DNA of 64,000 nucleotides from Haliotis cracherodii (Eukaryota): NCBI RefSeq assembly GCF_022045235.1, contig NW_027266266.1:24800001-24864000 (forward strand), read 5' to 3'. How positions within the stretch are numbered: the stretch's first letter is position 1; each line of letters begins with the position of its first letter. The translations under genes and the position numbers were made by a program. Positions 13,301 to 24,398 of this stretch are shown here, piece after piece. Below the pieces are notes generated by a model, which did not search any database, was not told the origin of the DNA, and worked only from the letters and a program-made list of their open reading frames with translations.

Positions 13301-15794
13301 CCAGTCCTAACAGTATACCCCGTTCACATCTGCCTCAACCAGAGCAACTTGAACTGAGCAAGGAAATTCAAAAGATGCTCACAAAGAAAGTCATAGAGAG
13401 GGTTCCCGTTATTTCACCAGAACAAGGCCAATTTCTAAGCACAATGTTCGTGGTACCAAAGAAAGATGGCGGTCACAGACCTTTCATAAACCTGAAAGCC
13501 CTAAATGCTTGTATCCCGTACAAGCACTACAAGATGGAAGGCTTGCACCTCCTGAGAGATTTTCTCAAGGAAGATTACATGTGCAAACTCGACCACAAAG
13601 ACCCTTACTCAGACCTCAAAGTTGCGACCAAAACTGTCGCCAATGTGACCTAAATGTCAATTTGTCTGCTATAAAATATTCATAGGTCGCCAAATGACTA
13701 CCTTGAAAAATCTTGTAGTGACTAAATTCTATTGCTTCAAATATATAGATACAAAAATAAATAACTTGATTGACATTTGCTACGCAGTTTTCTCGACTGT
13801 CAGGTTTTTTCTGATTGCAATGGAAGTCACATAACCATACTCATTATCTGTTTCAATGAACATCTCAATAACTTAATGCAGCATACGAGGATTCGGTTAC
13901 GCTAAATAATTGCCCTGTGTGCAGAGCATCGGGTTTTCAAACTTCTGACGTGCGTAGAACATTCTGTTCCACTTGACAACATCATGGCAAAAGTACTTTG
14001 CCTTTTTGAGCAAAAAAAACCCAAACCACCAAAAGTTGAGAGTTAAAAGAGTATGAGTGTAACTTTAACTAGTAATAGTGATGTTGAAAGTGACAGATAA
14101 ATTTCAATTTTGGAATGACAACAAAACAAAAAATAAATAGATATACCTACAACCCTTTCTCCATAATAATATACAAAATTCAGATCACAAACAATCATAT
14201 TTTAGATGATATTCACCTAGTCTTCAGTTTAGACGGCACTGGTGGTAGAGTTTTCATGAACATACATCTTCTGCAAGAATGTCCACTCTGTGCAGATTAT
14301 GAATTTTGAACTTTTTCTAGTGGTCAAACATCAAGTTGAATTTAAGAGTTTAGAATATGCTACAATATAATTGCTGCCAGATTTGTCCATAAAAATTGAA
14401 AATGTGACTGAATAAATCATATGTAACCCATAAACATCATGAATGTCAACATGGCCAACAGTGTTTCAGAGCTCCAGATAAGCTTTTGGTGTTGTGGGTA
14501 TTTTACCCATGCATTATAAAATCATTGGGTTTCAGTAATTCTATCTTGGTATTCAAATATTCTAAATATTGAAAAACACTATTCATCTAGTCCCTGCAAA
14601 CTGGTGTCGTGTGGGTTCGAGAGCTTTATAGGACTCAAAAATACCACGATACTTCCACAAGAAAGTGTGATGGCAAATGATCATGATGTAACTGTCATCG
14701 TGGAGTTTGGCAAGGTTGACGGAATGCCCCTTTATAATTTCAAAATAAGTTGCTGATTTGCTAATATTTTGATGTTACGCACAAGTTTTATTTTTGTAGC
14801 GCATCTGTAATGTTCGTTGCATATTTGATACGCTTGGATTTCATTTTACTGCGTATTTCTGCATTTCTGATGCGTATTTTACGCAGATACGCAGCTTACC
14901 TGGAGCTCTGCTATCAATAAATGAAATAAATCTTATATGGATTTGTGTTAGTTGTGTTTCTCAGAAAACTTGTGTCCATTTTCTCTAAACACTTATGGCC
15001 ATTTTCTCAAAATCATCTGGGGCCATTGTCTCCATAACCCCTGAACATGCATACACTGAAGTTGACAGAGGCTTTATCTTTATCTTTTCTCAATACACGT
15101 CAAAAAGAATGAATGCAGTCAGAAAGAAATGCGAACATTAGCGACCTAGTAGTGTAACCATGGAGTTTTATTGTTATTGTCTGTCGGCAGCCCGAGCCAA
15201 TAAGAACCATATTTGTGCCTGGTATTTATTTAACCACATTGTTACCTTGTCCATAACAGTATCACATGATTTACCATTGGTCCAGGTAGTCCTGTGGGTA
15301 TCCACGGGTCACCCTCAGGACCCACTCATCTCAGACTACCCGTCCTAGCCTTAGGATAATCGAGGATGCCCCTCCCTACCCAGGGACAAATACTATTGAG
15401 AAGCAACTTTACAAGAATCTTTATTTAGCTGGCCTAAACAGAATTTTTGTTAGTATGTCTGGCACAAGGCATGTCTGCTAGCAGCACTAGCTGAAATCCG
15501 AAAAGTGTGGCATATAAAGTGCATTACTCTCCTGCATCTGAGCAACAATAAACATGACGAATTTCGTGAAGAAAGGGAAAAGTAGGACAAATGACGATAA
15601 ACTTACCTTTGTTGTAGTTTCTTTCGCCATAACTCGTTGCTCTTGCAAATTTTCTGAAAATATTTGCATGTAACGGAAACACTTGTCAGATCGACGTGAT
15701 CTAACACAAATGACATAAAAATATGTTCCCATATTTCCTCTGGAATGCCAAGTATCCACGGTTGACAGTCGTGCGATCCATGTGTGACCGCCAT
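1396..15794 (-). CDS. FBXO21: F-box only protein 21, 12 coding exons, 612 aa
   Basis: Minus-strand exons with GT-AG borders and consistent phases: 15794-15607, 11248-11003, 10288-10164, 9397-9242, 8387-8251, 6856-6723, 5991-5847, 5249-5070, 4098-3976, 3044-2974, 2429-2272, 1571-1396 (1839 nt including stop). Contains an N-terminal F-box (ILGIPEEIWEHIF...SVTCKYF...NELWR), LTEKYYAEKVL, GNEENYYDPKNSYINRVLERKKGIPITLSIVY...INFPSHFLLRW (transglutaminase-like core) and a YccV-like domain (FSVGMVMKHKRYDYTCVIFGWD...QPFYSVLVEDGSNRYAAQEN...HPEVGRYF), which is the FBXO21 architecture. Confidence 0.93.
1794..2172. mobile_element. hAT-like MITE with TAGGGCTGGG termini
   Basis: Termini TAGGGCTGGGTCG / CGTCCCAGCTCGA flanked by exact 8-bp TSD CCATGCAG; same family at 48238, 50236, 56264, 58260 and a partial copy near 15050-15350. 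Confidence 0.8.
7196..8171. repeat. 31-bp minisatellite, about 30 units, FBXO21 intron 5
   Basis: Consensus CCTTAGTTGCCCATGGTG(A/G)CCACCCATCC(T/C)A tandemly repeated. Confidence 0.95.
9335..9873. repeat. 85-bp tandem repeat (about 6.3 units) spanning the FBXO21 intron 3/exon 4 junction
   Basis: Unit on minus strand = 23-nt GTCACC...TCTCTGTCYCCCAG plus the first 62 nt of exon 4; CAG|GTGCTG junctions at 9822, 9737, 9652, 9567, 9482, 9397. Confidence 0.95.
12900..13610 (+). mobile_element. Degenerate DIRS-like retrotransposon fragment (reverse transcriptase N-terminus)
   Basis: ORF 13375-13653 has FLSTMFVVPKKDGGHRPFINLKALN...HYKMEG...MCKLDHKDPY, preceded by frameshifted GGRL...PWVLQSVEG; typical of DIRS-type RT; truncated at about 13610. 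5' boundary approximate. Confidence 0.75.
14467..14910. mobile_element. MITE with 17-bp terminal inverted repeats
   Basis: CAGAGCTCCAGATAAGC ... GCTTACCTGGAGCTCTG (1 mismatch); no clear TSD. Confidence 0.6.
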
Positions 15795-17129
15795 GTTTGT
15801 TTACGATCTGAGGGAGCGGTTATTGTGGTAAATGGTACTATTTTTGTTCTTTCATTTTTGTAGGTTGGCTACCGGTTTGTTTTCACTAAAATTGTCGCAT
15901 GATCAGTTTGAATATATTTACGCTTGTGAATGTATAACTGTAGAGATAATTCCCAGTTATATACAACCCATTTAATCGGCATAACTAAAGCAAGGTCTGC
16001 ACGTGTTATGATTGTTTACATCGGATCCCTTGTCACGTGTGACTTTCGTTGTTCCAAGGACTTACATAACCGTATTATATATACGTTTGGTGCACGTGTA
16101 CGTGCCTGCTCCATGTGATAGTGTGACAGGGCAATCTCAAGTAAATGTCACGAGGCTCTCATATATGTGTATATACATCCAATGATTTAAACGTATGTCA
16201 TGCAACGCATTTTCTCAAAATGTGTTTCGGTGTGATTTTAACACAGCGATATGGGTCAGCTCACTGGCACTTTTTACTGGCACATGTGCCGATCAGTGGC
16301 ACGAGTCTTCCCCATATGTTTTATAGTTATCATCATAGGAATCACAATTACAAAAATAACCACGTCTCTCTCCACGCAATTATATCAACAACGTTGGGCT
16401 TAATTCCGGCTATGGGGTCTTTAATTGCGTACTGCGCATATGTATGTGCGAACCTGACAGGGAATTCTTCCCTCCCCTTGGCTATGGATGTCTCACAGTC
16501 CCTGAACCATAAGATTTTCTTTTCCGTCCAGCCCTTTCTGTAATGCAAAAGCCCTAAATGAAGCAAGTCTAGATTTTCACCAGGTTCAGGCTCCCATCTC
16601 ACTGTGGCTCCTTTTCAATTTAAATGGATATTTTTTTTCAGTCAAAATTACATATGTTTTTATACTAAGCGTTAGTGTACCCTAGATATTGACGATAGCG
16701 CAGATAATTTTCTCAAGAGACGTTCTCGTAGCAATAAGGGGTGCACTAGAAACGTAGAGTTGTATGTGTGGTCCTATTAGAATGGTGTTCTCAAGCTGGC
16801 CAAATCAAAGCGAAAGAAGTGGCGCTCGCATTGCTGTACCATAATGCATGAAATACAAGAACAGTGTTATCATAAATTTCAGATAGCCCAAACCTGTAAG
16901 AACTAATACAATTCCGATGAAGCTTTAAGGCTAATCCATTTCACTTCATTGTTTATCCGTTTACGGCGCAGCATAGTTTCCGTGCAACTTCCCCTTCGCG
17001 TTAAATTATGCAATTATCATGTATCATCTATCTGTAGAATAGTCAAGCAGTATGCACACCTATATTAAGAAATGTGCACCGTGTAACTTTACCTAGCGTA
17101 TTGTACCTGTAACAAATGGTCTCTGACTA

Positions 17130-17405
17130 GAGTGGGTGAGTTGGGTTTAACGCCGCTTTAAACAGTATTCCAGTTATATCACGGCGTGTCAGCTTAATGT
17201 GGGAGGAAAGCCCGAAGTGATGCAGGTCTTGGACGTTTACCCCTTTGATGGAACCCACGAGAACGTGTGTAGTGCCGACAAACCAAGAAACAAAATCGGA
17301 GTGAGTCGGTATTCGAACCCACGATCATATGTTTCTGGCGTGCCCAAGGGACGTAACTCTGCATAGCAAATTGCGGCGCCTCAGACGACTGGGCCCCCGG
17401 CGTGC
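17130..17405 (-). mobile_element. tRNA-derived SINE (family C)
   Basis: Reverse complement of the copy at about 27675-27925 (GGTCCAGTCGTTTAAGGCGCCG...GGTTCGAATCCC...GGCTTTCCTCC...AAACCCAACTCACTC). Confidence 0.7.
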
Positions 17406-19070
17406 CACCTTTAGAGCGTTACATTATAATGATATAGTGCACGAATTATGTATTTTGTGCAAGTACACAAGCGGCATCTGATTTGCAGCTTCACGTAATG
17501 GATACTATATAAGGATAACCTCTTGGTTTCTTGCAATGAGTGAATATCAATAGAATATTTATCCCTACGCTTATGGACATGGTCATGTTTGTTTGTTGTT
17601 TAACGCCGCACTCAGCAAAATACCAGCTATATGATGGCAGTCTGTAAATAATCGAGTCTGGACCAGACAATCCAGTGATTGATATCATGAGCATCGATCC
17701 ACGCATTTGGGATCGATGACATGCATCAGCCAAGTCAGCGAGCATGACCAGCCGATCCCGTTATTCGCCTCTTACGACAAGCATAGTCGCCTTTTACGGC
17801 AGGTATGGGTTGCTGAAGACATAAGCATGATAGACAGTATGCCTGTCACTCTTATTTATTACTAATCATTTCAAATCTTCCATTTCAAGATACCCTATCA
17901 CGCAAGTCACTCTGTTGTATCCTTGGACAAGGTTATTGACTCCACTTGTCCTGCTGTGATATATGACGTGGACGAGAAATGCCTGTTTATCATTTTACCC
18001 TTACTTGGAAAACAACATAAACATATGTATAAATACAAATTGTTTATTGCAATAACCTAAACTGACGAACAAAAGAAACATTACCAACCAACTTTGTTTG
18101 TTCCTAAAAACAGTACCAATGTCACGGAAGATGCTTGTATTGTTTAAAGACATAACCTATCAACATCATTACAACATATATGCCGTGAATGAAAACAAAA
18201 ATCAAGGTATTGTGTCCACAGTTTGGAGGATTGGGTCAGTTGTTCGGTAATAGATCTACCATCACGACTGAAGTCAGCACATGGGATTCCATTTATCCTT
18301 CAAAATGTCAAAGTTGCCACCAACTTGTCAGTCAGTCAGAACTCAACGACGGGCAGAAGATGTTTGACGTCTGGCCACAAGAAATGGGATTCAACGCTAT
18401 TCTTCTCGGAGGGCCTGTGCTAACTGAGCCTTGTTATAAAGAGCGACCTGGTCAAGGTCATCCCAAAAGTGTTTTCTATGGGCGATAAGTCTGCTGATTG
18501 TGATGGCCAAGGCAAGTTGTTGTATGAGGTCTTGTGTCACATAGTTGAAACCCCACTTCAAACTCTCAAGTTCCACGGATCTGGGTACTGTAGCACGTGC
18601 ATTACTCACCAAATTGTTTTAGATGTGTTTGGGCGAATGATTCTCAACCATTTCGTAACACTTTGTGGTTTGGACCTAACGTGTACAGATTTGAGTTGGG
18701 TAACGATTCATTGTCAATTTACGTCAAACGTTATGTTATTTATGTTGATCATTCACAATCTTAGACAAGTACATTCTTCCGAGTAGCCTAGGGGTTAAAG
18801 CGTTCGTTCGTCGGTCGTTCCCCACATGCCATAATGTACAGATCGAAGCCCATTTCTAGTATCTCCAGACGCGATAAATTACTGGAATATTGCTAAAAGC
18901 GGCGTAAAACCATACCCGCTAGATTTTGATGAACTGAGTCGTCACCTTATCTTACCCAATAGCCCTTATTCATACATTTACAACTCGCTCGTTTTGAACC
19001 ACCAAACATCAGAAAAAATGACTGTGATCCTGACTTGCGTAGAGCAGGAAGAAAACTGTCCTGCCGTAAC

Positions 19071-19147
19071 GTCACGTGATTCTTTGACAGTCTCGCGAGA
19101 GTTATGACGTCGCCATGACGACACTTTACTACTGATGTCGCCATTTT
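19071..19147 (+). promoter_or_regulatory. Conserved promoter cassette of tandem gene copy 1
   Basis: GTCACGTGAT (E-box, 19071), palindrome TCTCGCGAGA (19091), TGACGTC overlapping GTCGCCATGACGAC (X-box-like, 19109) and CGCCATTTT (YY1-like), 80-160 bp upstream of the ATG; same order in all five copies. Confidence 0.7.
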
Positions 19148-19229
19148 TGTGACAATCATACTGTTATCATCTTGCTAATATTTTGCCGCTGTTTGCCTCG
19201 TGTTGTGCATATCTTCGTCTGTGAACACT

Positions 19230-22200
19230 ATGAGTTCCTACGCCCAAGGTATGTCATTATTTCTGAATTAATCAATTCTGCTTTTTTTTCTTTTATGACT
19301 TATTTACTTGTATGATCTGAAGTAGATCTAGCCTGAGGAAAAGAGGAAACTTTCAGAAGATAACGCCATCAAAGATAATCATTTGTCCACTGTTAAGATC
19401 TTTTCAGCGTTAATTAAGGCCGATTTTTCAACTCTTTCAATCTGTTAATAAACATATTCGTGTTTCATTATTTCATTTTTTCAATTTTATATATTTTATC
19501 TACTCGTTCTCTCGACCTGGGTACCATCGATGTGATGGGGACCGACTAGATACGAGAAGAGATACGCAGGATACAAAAATATATTAACAGAACATTCAGG
19601 GTACATTCCGATAGATCAAATTGTGCAGACACCGATGGTACCCGGGTCGAGAACATTCTCATCAGTGTCCCTAACGCCACTGTCACAGCTGATGGCGTGA
19701 GGCTAAAAACGTTTTTGGAGGCGAATGTACCATTGGTCCTTGATTACCCTCACATCACATTCAAGTTTTGGATTCACTGATTCTTTCTTGTTTGTAATGT
19801 AATAAAAAAAGGGAAATCCCACAAGAGGAATTTGTCATTTCTTAAACTCTTAGTGATTCGTTTTCCTGTCCAAAATGTAGGTTATTTGCCTCTTTGTCTT
19901 ATTAACAGTGTCTTTACTAGGCCCTTTTCAGTAGTCTACTGTAGTTTACCCTCCATTTGCACTGATGAGGTTTTCTGTAAGTGTTAGCCAGCAGGCATAG
20001 GTCAGCTATTAGTAGCCCTATATAGATATAGTTTACATGTCATTAATAATTGAGGTAGTGTTGGTTTCCAAGGCTGTTTCTCCTAATCGGATGTTGGTTT
20101 CTACTATGATTTATAGAGCTGTTAAATACATAGACACAACAATCAAATACCAATGATTATACAATTCATTAATATAGCCCAATGTCAACATACTGAGTTG
20201 AATTATGATTGAAATGTGTACTCACCCAAAAAAGAAATTATTATTCTACCCATTAACTCCTAGACTGACTACACTGTTACCTATACACGTACTCTTAAAT
20301 ACAAGAACTTTGGTGTTCAAAAAGACTTCATGTACTTGTGTTCGCTTTTCTATATAGAAAAGACTTCATGTACTTGTGTTCGCTTTTCTATATAGAAAAG
20401 CGAACACAAGTACATGAAGTCTTTTTGAACACCAAAGTTCTTGTATTTAAGAGTACGTGTATAGGTAACAGTGTAGTCAGTCTAGGAGTTAATGGGTAGA
20501 ATAATAATTTCTTTTTTGGGTGAGTACACATTTCAATCATAATTCAACTCAGTATGTTGACATTGGGCTATATTAATGAATTGTATAATCATTGGTATTT
20601 GATTGTTGTGTCTATGTATTTAACAGCTCTATAAATCATAGTAGAAACCAACATCCGATTAGGAGAAACAGCCTTGGAAACCAACACTACCTCAATTATT
20701 AATGACATGTAAACTATATCTATATAGGGCTACTAATAGCTGACCTATGCCTGCTGGCTAACACTTACAGAAAACCTCATCAGTGCAAATGGAGGGTAAA
20801 CTACAGTAGACTACTGAAAAGGGCCTAGTAAAGACACTGTTAATAAGACAAAGAGGCAAATAATCTAAACAAACACATTTATATCACTGCTTTATGAACA
20901 CACACAGCCTTAGACTAGTCCTATAGTCCTTGCCACACTGCCCAATATGTATCATAAGCAGCGTTAGAAATTGGCACTAGTCCTGTAGTCCTTGCCGAAC
21001 TGCCCAATAGTTACACAAGGACTAGTAGAAATTTGCCATTTTTAAGGGTTTTGCTATATGTTATCATTATAAGGACTAGTGGACTAAAACTGTACGTTTC
21101 TACCGCTGATAAGGACAGTAGAAATTTGCCCTTTTTAAGGGTTTTGCTATATGTATTCATTAAAAGGACTCTAGTCGACTAAAACTGTTAGTTTCTGTCG
21201 CTGACATGCTGTTATTTTCTGTCCAGTCTACACCAATACTCATTATATTTCTGCTTTTAGCCCAACCTGTAGTAAGCAGTCCCTTCATCAATCACACACG
21301 TCTCGAATAATTCTCTTGCAATTCTAAATGTCCCAAATCAGTTAACTTTATAATAAAATGATTGTGTATTGTCTATCAAAGATGTGTGTAGTTTTATGTT
21401 ATTCTACCTTGTTATTGACAGAGTAGTTTGTACCTACCGAGATCTGTATGTCCTGATTTTCAAAACATTACCTAAGTAATTTGTATTGATGAGTAATCGT
21501 TTTTGCATGGAGTGTTAAGACTGCATCCAGTGATGTGATTACCACCCTTCACTTTTCAGTGTGTAATATATTTATTCCGAATACAATGGGTCAACAGAAT
21601 AGCTGTAAAACATTTTTCTAAATCTCGCTTATGTACTGTGCAGTTGATCCTGTCTTGTTTACCCTTATTTAAGACTCTCATTCCTTCTTACTTGACAGCT
21701 GTTGACCTCGTGATCAGGTTCCCCTTGAACTTTGACATCTGGGCCCCTCCTCGCCAAGTGGGTGTCTTAGGAATCAGTACTTTACTAGAGTTGTTGTAAA
21801 ACTGAAATTGTGTGTCTTGGGAGATCATCAATGCATGGCCTTAGCCATATAATCTATAACTAACACATCAACACATGTGCTGTTGACTTGCAATCTAATA
21901 TATATGTTCCATAGTAACCACATATCATTGACTTCTTCTTTTGTTCTTGTTATTGTTAAATTGAAATTGAGTGTCTTGTACTTCATGGGCTTAACCAGAT
22001 AATCCATACTATTAACTTGCAAAGTAATTTATATGAGAGGTAATAACCGCACATCTTAATCACTGACATCATGCATCATAAGTATCCCTTAGTCAGTTCA
22101 TTTCCAGCATCTACACCTGTCGTTCTCTACTTTCTACTTCAATCTTCTGTCACTCTCTACATGTCTTTCTCTCCCTCCCTGTCAGCGTCGTCCAGGGAGA

Positions 22201-22413
22201 TACATGACCATCCTTGACCCCCTGTCAGAGCTGCCCACCCCTCCCACCTCTCTCCCTGCCCCCCTCTCTACCCCCGTCCTCCGTGATGCCCCTCACTTCG
22301 TCGATATCGACCTCGATGATGACGACACCCCGACCCAGTCCCCAGTTCGAGTCATCCTGTCACGTGTGTCTGGATTCTTGAGGAGAGTATTCCGTGTCAA
22401 GATGGACGCTTAG
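19230..22413 (+). CDS. Uncharacterised 101-aa protein, tandem copy 1 (3 exons)
   Basis: Exons 19230-19248 (donor GTATGT), 21699-21757 (acceptor TTGACAG, donor GTGGGT), 22186-22413 (acceptor CTGTCAG) join in frame: MSSYAQAVDLVIRFPLNFDIWAPPRQRRPGRYMTILDPLSELPTPPTSLPAPLSTPVLRDAPHFVDIDLDDDDTPTQSPVRVILSRVSGFLRRVFRVKMDA*. Exons are much better conserved than introns among the five copies. Confidence 0.8.
19882..20863. repeat. Long inverted repeat (two 472-bp arms, 38-bp spacer)
   Basis: 20392-20863 is the reverse complement of 19882-20353; the spacer is largely a direct duplicate of the arm end (AAAAGACTTCATGTACTTGTGTTCGCTTTTCTAT). Confidence 0.93.
20959..21108. mobile_element. 150-bp MITE with CAGCG(T/G)TAGAAA termini and 5-bp TSD, nested in an older copy of the same family
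   Basis: CAGCGTTAGAAA ... TTTCTACCGCTG flanked by ATAAG/ATAAG; absent at the paralogous site in copies 2 and 3. Confidence 0.8.
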
Positions 22414-24225
22414 AGTGACATCTTGCTACCTCTTGGACGATGTGTCAAATAATAATTAATCATATTGAATCACAAACACAAGATAGTTTGTGCTTTTGGT
22501 ATTTTTGGTCATTTCAGAAATGTTTGTTTTTTTACTTTTCTGACCTTACGGACATTTTGTGCTTTTGGCTTTTTTTTTAAATTGTACTATATTAGTATTT
22601 ATAACACCTTTAAATACGTATATGTTGATTGACACATTTTGGCCCTTCCGAGTGTTCCGTGTCAAGATGGACGCTTAGAGTGACATCTTACTAACTCTTG
22701 GACGCTGTGTCATATAATACATTGATTCAATCATAAATACAAGATATATTGTGCTTTTGGCATTTTTCGACCTTTCGGGCGTTTTTCTACTTTTTGGACC
22801 TTTCGGACACTTTGTGCTTTTGGTTGTTTTTTTCTCCAGAAATATACGCTATTTGTATTATACGTTTAAAGACGTATAGTTTGATTTACACATTTAGGAA
22901 CTTTCGGACAAGGTTTTAACTTCTATTTTATTTGATTAAATCGATTACCAATCAATATTAACTATTAAAGATTGTCTTTAGTTTTTAGCCCCTTTGTTTT
23001 GTCTTAAATTGTTAAATAACACACGATCTTGAAAATCAATCAAGCAACGCGTGGTATGTGCAGAAACTGCGTATAACGTTTATAGCATCATATATTGTTC
23101 GTGTGGACTCATCACAACAGATGGTGACAGAATCTGACTCGATTCTTTGCATCCCTCTCAGCATATTTGCTGTAACATTTAACATTGACTTACAATACTA
23201 AGGGTGCCAGGTGCCCTTTTGGCACGCGGGATTCGGAGTCTATTTAGAGGATTTTCGGGACTCAGCAGTGTTGTACGCGGGACGCAAATTAAATCGTATT
23301 TGAGATCCAAGATTCGAACCCCCAGTCATAGGGGTCAAGGTACGGTGAACAACGCGACTGCACAGCTTCCAATCCCTTGGTCACCCGCACCTCCTTGAAA
23401 TGTAATGTCGGAGTAGTTGGTCCTATGTCCTAGAGTTCCTTGATGTCCTATGTTACTGTACAAAGCTGGAGGTGCATTCATCCTCAACGGACGAGATTTA
23501 GAAATATTCCGGCCCTGTCACGACGATGGACATCAAGATACTGCCCGATACTGTAGTCTCTCTTTGAATATACTTTGTTGTTTGTTTGTTTGCTGTTTAA
23601 CGCTGCACTCAGCAATATTCCAGCTATATGACGGCGGTCTGGACCAGACAATCCAGTCATTTACATCATGAGCATCGATCCACGTAATTGGGATCGATGT
23701 GATGCATCAACCAAGTCAGCAAGCCTGTCCCCGTCCCCGTTAGTCGCCTCTTACGACAAGCAGTCGCCTTTGACGGCAAGCATGGGTTTCTGAAGACCTA
23801 TTCTACCCCGGATATTCATGTTCATGTATTCTATGTGACAATCCCAGTGTAATTTAATTGTACCAGTTTTGCACACTGATATGTCTCACGAGTTCTTACA
23901 TTGGACTCGAAGACAGTCGGAGTGTGTGGAGGAGGTTTTCAGTGAGCTAGACATGAGCACTTATTACAGATCCTCATGACACCAGAACAGCCATTCTTTC
24001 AGTTTCGACAACGCCGACAGTACTCACGTGAGTTCATTAAGACTGAATTGCAGATATATTTATGTATCCATTACATTGCTTGCGAAAGGTTGATTTGTGA
24101 TATGAATGAGTGCATGTGGCGAGTCCAGTGGGGAACAGGTACAATATCCTAGTACTATGTCCTAGAGTTCCTTGATGTCCTACATAACTGTACAAAGCTG
24201 GAGGCGCATTCATCGACTCTACGGA

Positions 24226-24398
24226 GTGAGTGAGTGAGTGAGTATGGTTTTACGCCGCTTTGAGCAATATTCCAGCAATATCACGGCGGGGGACACCAGA
24301 AATGGGCTTCACACATTGTACTCATGTCGGGAATCGAACCCGGGTCTTCGGCGTGACGAGCGAACGCTTTAACCACTAGGCTACCCGACCGCCTCCGG
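24226..24398 (-). mobile_element. tRNA-derived SINE (family A) with TSD
   Basis: Full-length copy flanked by the direct repeat CTCTACGGA. Confidence 0.85.

Noticed and set aside
16145-16602. ORFs 16145..16543 (+) and 16348..16602 (-)
   Set aside because: No recognisable domain or splice context; left unassigned.
22204-22413. Identification of the tandem protein with known abalone acidic sperm proteins or secreted antimicrobial peptides
   Set aside because: No signal peptide and no similarity I can recognise beyond a short Asp run or a cationic helix.
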